IMG/VR virus record: IMGVR_UViG_3300025018_000121
Coordinates: 1 to 64,000 of that record
DNA from: a virus
Reading direction: 5' to 3' (one strand)
Length of the DNA: 64,000 nt
Shown: positions 58,165 to 64,000 of the stretch, piece by piece
Layout of the letters: every line of letters begins with the position of its first letter
Numbering within the stretch: position 1 is the stretch's first letter
Notes under the pieces: generated by a model
Databases searched by the model: none
What the model saw: the letters and a program-made list of their open reading frames with translations, nothing else
Told to the model about the DNA's origin: nothing
Translations under genes and position numbers: made by a program

Positions 58165-59478
58165 ATGAAAGTTTTAAATGCAGAGCTTGCAGGTCTGTCT
58201 GATATTATTTTTCACGGTACAGACATAGATAAAGCATTTGCTATATTAAAACAGAACAAATTTATTCTAGCCTTTTCAAAAACAGGTTCTGCTGAAGACA
58301 GTCTTAATCCAAACCCTAAATTTCACTTTTATCTTTCTACTGCACGTTCAAAATTAAGTCACTACATTAGAACAAATAGCCCTGAAGCTATTTTTGTACT
58401 AGACGGTAGAAAGCTAGGTCAAAAATATAAAGGTGGGCCAATTAACTACTGGAAAGGTTTTTCTGAAAAAGAGCAAAAAGAAAAAGAGAAAGAAGATAGG
58501 GTTTACACAAAAGACTCTTATATCCCTAATGCCTACACCTATATAAAAGAATTGCAGGTTTCAGTAGACAGGCTAAACGATTACCGTAAAAAATATTTAC
58601 TTGGCCTATTAAAACTTGCTAAAAAGCACAACGTAAAAGTAGTTGGGTTTAAAACTTTCAAAGGTATGTTGATAAATAGTAGAACGGAAAGGCTAACAGA
58701 AGACGAATTGTTTGCTGCTGTTTCAGACGTTAAAGGAAAGCCCGATAGCCCTTATAGCTACACAAAGCCAGAAGATATAAGCATTTTTGTTTACGCTTAC
58801 GAACGGATGGAAGAAGCTATTAAAAAGAATCAAGATTTCTATAAGCTACTGGCTTCAAAGAATTATGCTAGATCAAAGTACGCTAAGAAATATAAAGTTT
58901 ACGACTTGCTACAACATGTTTTTCCACACAATCATCATGATTTTATTAGCACCCTAAGTATGTACATTGGAAACTCTAGACGAAACATGTCGCCAGAATT
59001 AAACGATGCCGTACAGTCTTTAAGTCGTTTAATGCGTAGACTAAAAGTAAATGACTTGGCTAATCTCTTTATAAAGTTTCGAGACTTATATTCAGAGTAT
59101 AACACTCAGTCTTCTGTAAGATCAAAGCAACGATCCTTATTGTCTGCTAAAAAAGTAGCGCGTACTAAAGGATTATTGTATTCCGAAGTGACTCTAAAAG
59201 ATGATGACCTTATTATAGTTCACGGAGCTAGAATAAAAAATAGGATAACTAAGAAAGACCTGTTAGACGTTGCTATGCACTTAACAAACAGTTTGCTTAA
59301 TATTTTTTGGGGAATGAAAAGAATTGAAATAAAACTAAGCAAGCCTATAACGAAAAGCCAATTGTCTGTACTAGAAGAACTTGGATTTTCAGGCGATGGC
59401 CGAGAATATCTTTATATCAGTTACTACTCGTACAACAGAATTGATTTGGAATCTGTAAATTCAACAGAACTCGCGTAA
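58165..59478 (+). CDS. ADP-ribosyltransferase-like protein with MKVLN leader
   Basis: IFHGT ... YLSTARS ... EKEDR triad pattern in the N-terminal 130 aa. Confidence 0.5.
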   Translation: MKVLNAELAGLSDIIFHGTDIDKAFAILKQNKFILAFSKTGSAEDSLNPNPKFHFYLSTARSKLSHYIRTNSPEAIFVLDGRKLGQKYKGGPINYWKGFSEKEQKEKEKEDRVYTKDSYIPNAYTYIKELQVSVDRLNDYRKKYLLGLLKLAKKHNVKVVGFKTFKGMLINSRTERLTEDELFAAVSDVKGKPDSPYSYTKPEDISIFVYAYERMEEAIKKNQDFYKLLASKNYARSKYAKKYKVYDLLQHVFPHNHHDFISTLSMYIGNSRRNMSPELNDAVQSLSRLMRRLKVNDLANLFIKFRDLYSEYNTQSSVRSKQRSLLSAKKVARTKGLLYSEVTLKDDDLIIVHGARIKNRITKKDLLDVAMHLTNSLLNIFWGMKRIEIKLSKPITKSQLSVLEELGFSGDGREYLYISYYSYNRIDLESVNSTELA

Positions 59479-59489
59479 GAGGGTGAGCT

Positions 59490-60110
59490 ATGACAGGTAC
59501 GTACATAGAAGCTAAATTTAAACCAGTTTGTGTAGAAAAAATCTACGCCGTTGCTAATCGAGCAGCGGCTTTATTGCAGTGTACTCCTATTGAAAAAGAA
59601 CAAATTCACTGCACCGTTTTATATTCAGAAATACCTAAAGAACCAAGGAAAGGCGAGTTTAAAGTAAATTGGAAAGTATCTACTAAAAAATATGATTTAT
59701 TCGGCCCCGAAAAAGATTGTCTTGTTATTCTTTTAAATTGCCCTGAATTAGTTAGGTTAAACTCAATGTGTATGTCAGCAGGTGCAACCTCTACATACGC
59801 TCAATACTGTCCGCATATTACTTTGGCTTATGGCACGGACGCTGAGTTATTTAATTACCACAGCAAGCAGTTAAACAAAATGTTAGAATCATTATCTTGT
59901 TTAACTATAGACTCTATACACGTAAAGCCCTTAGTAAGAGACTGGAAAATAACGGTTGAATCAAAATACATGGACAAAGACCTCTGTTGGAAAAACTACA
60001 CAATGGTCGGACTAAAGAAAGACAAGAAAGGAAACTTAGTTCCTAATTGTGTACCAAAAGAGGATGTAAAAGAAAAAATCGAAAGCAGACTGTTGAGAGT
60101 AAGTCTGTAA
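59490..60110 (+). CDS. acb1: Acb1-like 2H phosphoesterase (anti-CBASS) with C-terminal extension
   Basis: GTYIEAKF, IHCTVLYS, GAT....Y.PHITLAY, PL..DW match the T4 57B/Acb1 pattern. Confidence 0.8.
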   Translation: MTGTYIEAKFKPVCVEKIYAVANRAAALLQCTPIEKEQIHCTVLYSEIPKEPRKGEFKVNWKVSTKKYDLFGPEKDCLVILLNCPELVRLNSMCMSAGATSTYAQYCPHITLAYGTDAELFNYHSKQLNKMLESLSCLTIDSIHVKPLVRDWKITVESKYMDKDLCWKNYTMVGLKKDKKGNLVPNCVPKEDVKEKIESRLLRVSL

Positions 60111-60114
60111 AGTA
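60106..60114 (+). promoter_or_regulatory. TGTAAAGTA class-1 promoter-like motif
   Basis: overlaps the acb1 stop codon; upstream of the ParB-like gene and ligase. Confidence 0.55.
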
Positions 60115-60128
60115 AGCGACCTACAAAG

Positions 60129-60608
60129 GTGTACATAATATCGTTCAAGGAACTTAAAATGCTTCTGTACAATTCTCCCCAGATGCGCAATTTTGTTAAA
60201 AAGAAAGGAGCCATTGGAACTATCCAAATGCCAATAAAAACCTTTCTGAAATTAACTTCCAATACAAGACTTCCTAGAATTAAAAAAGAGGCTATGTCAG
60301 TAGGTGAATATAATGCACTGGCACTGCAAGGAAAGATAAATACTATGCCTTTTATTCGCATTTTACCTAACGGGAAAGTAAAAGGTCACGAAGGCAGACA
60401 CCGTTCATGGTCTTTGTATCGTGAAGGTGAGCGCTACATTGAAGTGGCAATTATTGTTACTAAGCCAGATACAGAAAAAGGAAAAGGAAAGAATAAAACT
60501 TACGAAACACTACCTAAATTTAAATCGAGAGACTTGCCTACTATTTGGGAAGGCCAGTTTTCAGAAGTTAAGTTACCTGTAAAACTTCAAACATTTAAAA
60601 GGATGTGA
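60129..60608 (+). CDS. ParB/sulfiredoxin-like domain protein (start probably ATG 60159)
   Basis: MPFI....V.GHEGRHR...L...G...IEV. Confidence 0.55.
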   Translation: MYIISFKELKMLLYNSPQMRNFVKKKGAIGTIQMPIKTFLKLTSNTRLPRIKKEAMSVGEYNALALQGKINTMPFIRILPNGKVKGHEGRHRSWSLYREGERYIEVAIIVTKPDTEKGKGKNKTYETLPKFKSRDLPTIWEGQFSEVKLPVKLQTFKRM

Positions 60609-60868
60609 ACATGGAAAAAATATTGATGGGCCGTGACAATCCAGACGGACATAAGTTAGAAGAACTACTAAAAAGATTGCAGGAAGAAATTGAGTCAAAG
60701 TCTCGTTTACTGACTGAGAACTCTGATTTAACTAAAATGATTATTGAGTCTAACGATAAAATAGTAAAGCTCCTTTATGAAGCTGAACAAATTCAAATAA
60801 ATACTATGAAAGAAATAGAAAAACAGAGAGGCCCTAACAGAGGGCCGTCGAATCCGCGAGTTAGCTGA
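60605..60868 (+). CDS. small coiled-coil protein
   Basis: ILMGRDNPDGHKLEELL followed by coiled coil. Confidence 0.6.
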   Translation: MNMEKILMGRDNPDGHKLEELLKRLQEEIESKSRLLTENSDLTKMIIESNDKIVKLLYEAEQIQINTMKEIEKQRGPNRGPSNPRVS

Positions 60869-60875
60869 GGGCGGT

Positions 60876-62753
60876 ATGAAAGTGCTTAATGAAGAAAAAG
60901 CAAGCTCACAGCAGATTAAAGCACTCGAAGCTAAAATTAAACGAGCTTCGGACATTTATTATAATACTGGCAAAATAATCATGCCAGATAAAGAATTCGA
61001 CAAACTTGTTGAAGAATTAAAAGTACTAAGCCCAAAATCAAAAGTCTTGCAGCAGATAGGCGCACCTGTTAAAAGACAAAAAGTTAAGCTGATGTATTTC
61101 ATGGGAAGCCTTGACAAAATTAAGGCGGAAAATGCAGATACATGGTTGCAGAATAAAAGACCTAAGAATGGATATTGCGTCTCAGATAAAATTGATGGTG
61201 TTTCTATTTTAATTGTTTACACACCTAAAGAAATAAAAGCATTTACACGCGGGGATGGCACTTACGGACAAGACATTTCCTTTTTAGTACCTCACTTGGG
61301 TATCCCAACATTAAAAACTAATCTGGTATTGCGAGCCGAAATCGTAATGCCTGTTTCGCGTTTTGAAACGTGGAAAAAAGATTTTGAGAATCCAAGAAAT
61401 CTAGTATCAGGTATTGTTAATCGTAAATCTATCCACAGGGCTACCAGAGACTTAGACGTAATTGTTTACGAACAAATATCTCCAAGAATTGCACAAAGCC
61501 AAGCACTAGAAAAATTAAAAGGTGTTGGCTTTAAAGTTGTACCCTTCAAAATATTTAAAGACCTTAATTCAAGTCTGTTATCTGAACTATTGAAATCAAG
61601 AAAACAGAAATCTAAATACGAAATTGATGGTCTTGTTGTTACTGTTAATGATAGCAACCCCGTTAATACAATGGGAAATCCAAGCTGGGCGAAAGCCTTT
61701 AAAGAAGTTGGCGAAGGTGCTGTACAGGAAGCCGAAGTTGTTGACGTTCATTGGGAAATATCCAAGCGTGGTTTATTGAAGCCTAGAGTAGAAATTAAAC
61801 CACTACGTTTAAGCGGTGTAACCGTTAAGTTTGCTACAGGCTTTAATGCAAAGTTTATCGAAGACAATAAAATTGGCCCCGGTGCGAAAATAAAAATCGT
61901 TAGGTCAGGTGACGTAATTCCGCACATAATGGAGGTTGTAAAGCCGGCTAAAACTGCACGTCTCCCTACTGATAAAGAATTCCGGTATATGTGGAATAAA
62001 ACCGGGGTAGACATTGTTGCTATTGACAAGAAAAGCCATAAGTCTTATCAAGTAAAACGCTTGAATCATTTCTTCAAAACATTAGGCGTAGAAAATTTCA
62101 GTATTGGTTTAATCGAACGCTTTTTGTTAGACGGTCTTGATTCAATCGGAAAGATTACCAAAGCATCTAAGAAAAGACTGCTACAAGTAAATGGTATTCA
62201 AGAAAAATCAGCAGAAAAGATTTATTCCAATATTCAGACGGCAATTAAAAACGTACCTTTGGATAAACTAATGGATGCTTCTGGTTTGTTTGAAAATATG
62301 GCCCAGAAGAAAATCAAAAAAGTGTTGGATAAATATCCTAAAATTTTAGACTCTTTTTCCAAAGTGCCTACTCAGACTTTAGTAGATAAATTAAAACAAG
62401 TAGAGGGTTTTAGCGATGTGTCAGCAAAGGAGTTCGCTAAAGGTCTTCCGAAGTTTGTTGCCTTCGTAAATAAATATCCTAATATCACTTACGTTGTACC
62501 CAAAGAAAAGAAAACGCAAATAAAAGGAAAACTCGCTGGAAAAAGTTTTGTGTTTACAGGTTTTAGAGATAGACACTTGGAGTCTACACTTGAATCCAAA
62601 GGCGGTAAAATAGGAGCGGGTGTAACTAAAACCACAACAATTCTTATCGTTAAAGATAAGTCAGCAGGTTCTACTAAGATACAAAAAGCAGAAGCTCTAG
62701 GCGTGAAAGTAATGGACGCTAATGAATTTCGACGTTGGCTTGATAAACAATAG
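60876..62753 (+). CDS. ligA: NAD+-dependent DNA ligase (no Zn finger; C-terminal BRCT)
   Basis: YYNTG..IMPD.EFD, MGSLDK, KIDG, TRGDG..GQD, YEIDGLVV, AFK, RSGDVIP, FVFTGFRD BRCT. Confidence 0.95.
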   Translation: MKVLNEEKASSQQIKALEAKIKRASDIYYNTGKIIMPDKEFDKLVEELKVLSPKSKVLQQIGAPVKRQKVKLMYFMGSLDKIKAENADTWLQNKRPKNGYCVSDKIDGVSILIVYTPKEIKAFTRGDGTYGQDISFLVPHLGIPTLKTNLVLRAEIVMPVSRFETWKKDFENPRNLVSGIVNRKSIHRATRDLDVIVYEQISPRIAQSQALEKLKGVGFKVVPFKIFKDLNSSLLSELLKSRKQKSKYEIDGLVVTVNDSNPVNTMGNPSWAKAFKEVGEGAVQEAEVVDVHWEISKRGLLKPRVEIKPLRLSGVTVKFATGFNAKFIEDNKIGPGAKIKIVRSGDVIPHIMEVVKPAKTARLPTDKEFRYMWNKTGVDIVAIDKKSHKSYQVKRLNHFFKTLGVENFSIGLIERFLLDGLDSIGKITKASKKRLLQVNGIQEKSAEKIYSNIQTAIKNVPLDKLMDASGLFENMAQKKIKKVLDKYPKILDSFSKVPTQTLVDKLKQVEGFSDVSAKEFAKGLPKFVAFVNKYPNITYVVPKEKKTQIKGKLAGKSFVFTGFRDRHLESTLESKGGKIGAGVTKTTTILIVKDKSAGSTKIQKAEALGVKVMDANEFRRWLDKQ

Positions 62754-62788
62754 GAGTCTGCAATGAACAGTACTGAAACTATCTAACC

Positions 62789-62821
62789 AAAAGCGGGGGC
62801 CTTTAAAGCTCCCGTTTTTTA
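62789..62821 (+). terminator. rho-independent terminator
   Basis: GCGGGGGC-CTTTAAA-GCTCCCGT-TTTTT. Confidence 0.8.
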
Positions 62822-62838
62822 TTTGCGTCCTAAAAAGG

Positions 62839-62848
62839 CTAATTTTAT
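62839..62848 (+). promoter_or_regulatory. CTAATTTTAT class-2 promoter-like motif
   Basis: directly after the terminator, same arrangement as at 7603. Confidence 0.6.
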
Positions 62849-62875
62849 TGTATCAACCTAATAGAGATTTGGGAC

Positions 62876-64000
62876 ATGAATTCGTACTCTATTAATTCAA
62901 TTTTGGCGAAAATGGCTACACACCTTTGGGGTGAAAATTGCCGTTATCCAGTATATACAGAACAAGGTTTATTTAAATGGCAGAATCCAGATAATGCTTT
63001 TCGTTTTGTCGCTGACAACATTGAAAAGTGTTCGGACTCTGCCCAAATTATTTTATTTGGCTCTGGTTTTGTTGAACAGCAGAGTGCAAACGAATGTGTA
63101 TTGCATTCTTTTATTTTAGATAACCAAAAGATTATTGATTTATACGAAGACAAAATTGCCGTTTATTGTAACGATGGCTACAAACTTGCTAACGTTCCTA
63201 TTGGACAAGAAATATTTCGAGTATCTGTTAGTGAATTTAAAGACCTGTTTAAATCAAATGCCGAACATACAGAAGTAGAAGTTGCTTTTTCAGATCAGAA
63301 CTACGAAGCAGAAGCACTGGCATTTATTTACTGCGCTTATGTTATTTTTAAATACGTTATGACTCAGAACCCAAAAGAAATTACTAAGGAATCCATCGTA
63401 GGTTTATCTGAGAACGCACCAATTGCCCAAAAGTTTTTAACTAAGTACAAAGTAGGGTATCGTTTATTTAGCAAATTACTCTCTTTAATAGTTGCCAAAA
63501 AAGAATACAACGATCAGGTAGAAAATCTTGTATTGCGTTTTGGCAAAGACTTAAAAGGTGCAGTTCCTTTGTGGACTAAAAATAATAAGATTGGAAAAGA
63601 CGCTCTAACTGCAATGAAAGCCTTTGGTACTTACTTGAGAAAACGCGATAGCAATAATGCAAAGAATTGGTTATTGGCTAACGTAAACAAGATGCAGAGC
63701 AGAACTCTTGTACAGTTATTCTCTGACGCTAAATATCTTGGATTAAAGAATGACAAGGTTGGTGTTGACGTAAAAGGCAGTCAACAAGAATTATTAAAGA
63801 AGATTAAAGCAGTGACTAAAAAATTAATTGGTAGTCCTGTTGAAGGTCTATCAATTGAACAAGCTAAGAAGGCAAGAGATAAAGACCCAGAGACTTACAA
63901 AATATATTTAGAGTTACGACGCGCATTAGTACAATCATCCTCAGCTTTTCTTAGACTAAAAGTACGTCAGTCCGGAAAGCAACTTGTGCCTTATGACAAA
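62876..64000 (+). CDS. large ORF truncated by the window end (at least 375 codons; not in the ORF track)
   Basis: ATG 62876, MNSYSINSILAK...; frame read open to 64000; internal EVEVA|F site. Confidence 0.75.
   Translation, partial: MNSYSINSILAKMATHLWGENCRYPVYTEQGLFKWQNPDNAFRFVADNIEKCSDSAQIILFGSGFVEQQSANECVLHSFILDNQKIIDLYEDKIAVYCNDGYKLANVPIGQEIFRVSVSEFKDLFKSNAEHTEVEVAFSDQNYEAEALAFIYCAYVIFKYVMTQNPKEITKESIVGLSENAPIAQKFLTKYKVGYRLFSKLLSLIVAKKEYNDQVENLVLRFGKDLKGAVPLWTKNNKIGKDALTAMKAFGTYLRKRDSNNAKNWLLANVNKMQSRTLVQLFSDAKYLGLKNDKVGVDVKGSQQELLKKIKAVTKKLIGSPVEGLSIEQAKKARDKDPETYKIYLELRRALVQSSSAFLRLKVRQSGKQLVPYDK

Noticed and set aside
60129-60608. ParABS partition system
   Set aside because: Only a ParB/Srx-like catalytic motif is present; no ParA, HTH or parS repeats nearby
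62931-63153. Short track ORFs 62931-63119 and 62944-63153
   Set aside because: Both lie within the longer open frame starting at 62876
1-64000. Stop-codon reassignment
   Set aside because: Genes are full-length in the standard code, and TAA, TGA and TAG all end genes followed by new RBSs
1-64000. tRNA or rRNA genes
   Set aside because: No cloverleaf or T-loop signature seen in the few intergenic gaps; by-eye check only

Overview
AT-rich, gene-dense segment of a large (probably jumbo) contractile-tailed dsDNA phage, read in the standard genetic code. Spanin-like genes point to a Gram-negative host. Gene content recalls phiRSL1/Lu11/PaBG-type jumbo myophages; this is from memory and needs a search. 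From left to right: (1) accessory genes and an SF2 helicase-like gene, divergent from an origin-like repeat/hairpin region (3083-3677); (2) head module; (3) tail, baseplate and fibre module with a likely +1/-2 frameshifted tail chaperone; (4) spanin-like pair; (5) inner-head proteins and a 2000-aa SNF2 helicase; (6) replication module (UDG-like::PolA, beta-clamp-like protein, SF2 helicase, DnaB); (7) intein-containing TerL, portal and prohead protease; (8) enzyme cluster (ART-like, Acb1-like, ParB-like, NAD+ ligase). The most notable observations are: stand-alone fragments of the phage's own capsid, tail-tube and tail-sheath proteins encoded outside the structural operons (candidate decoys or mimics); a shared N-terminal [VP]LNxEx(T)A[SG] leader on unrelated enzymes (candidate capsid-targeting propeptide); two recurrent oriented promoter-like motifs (TGTAAAGTA and CTAATTTWAT); an HNH insertion that left an orphan copy of the helicase 3' end; and an oriS-like origin next to an origin-binding-type helicase. 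All homology calls are by-eye motif recognition; no searches were run.
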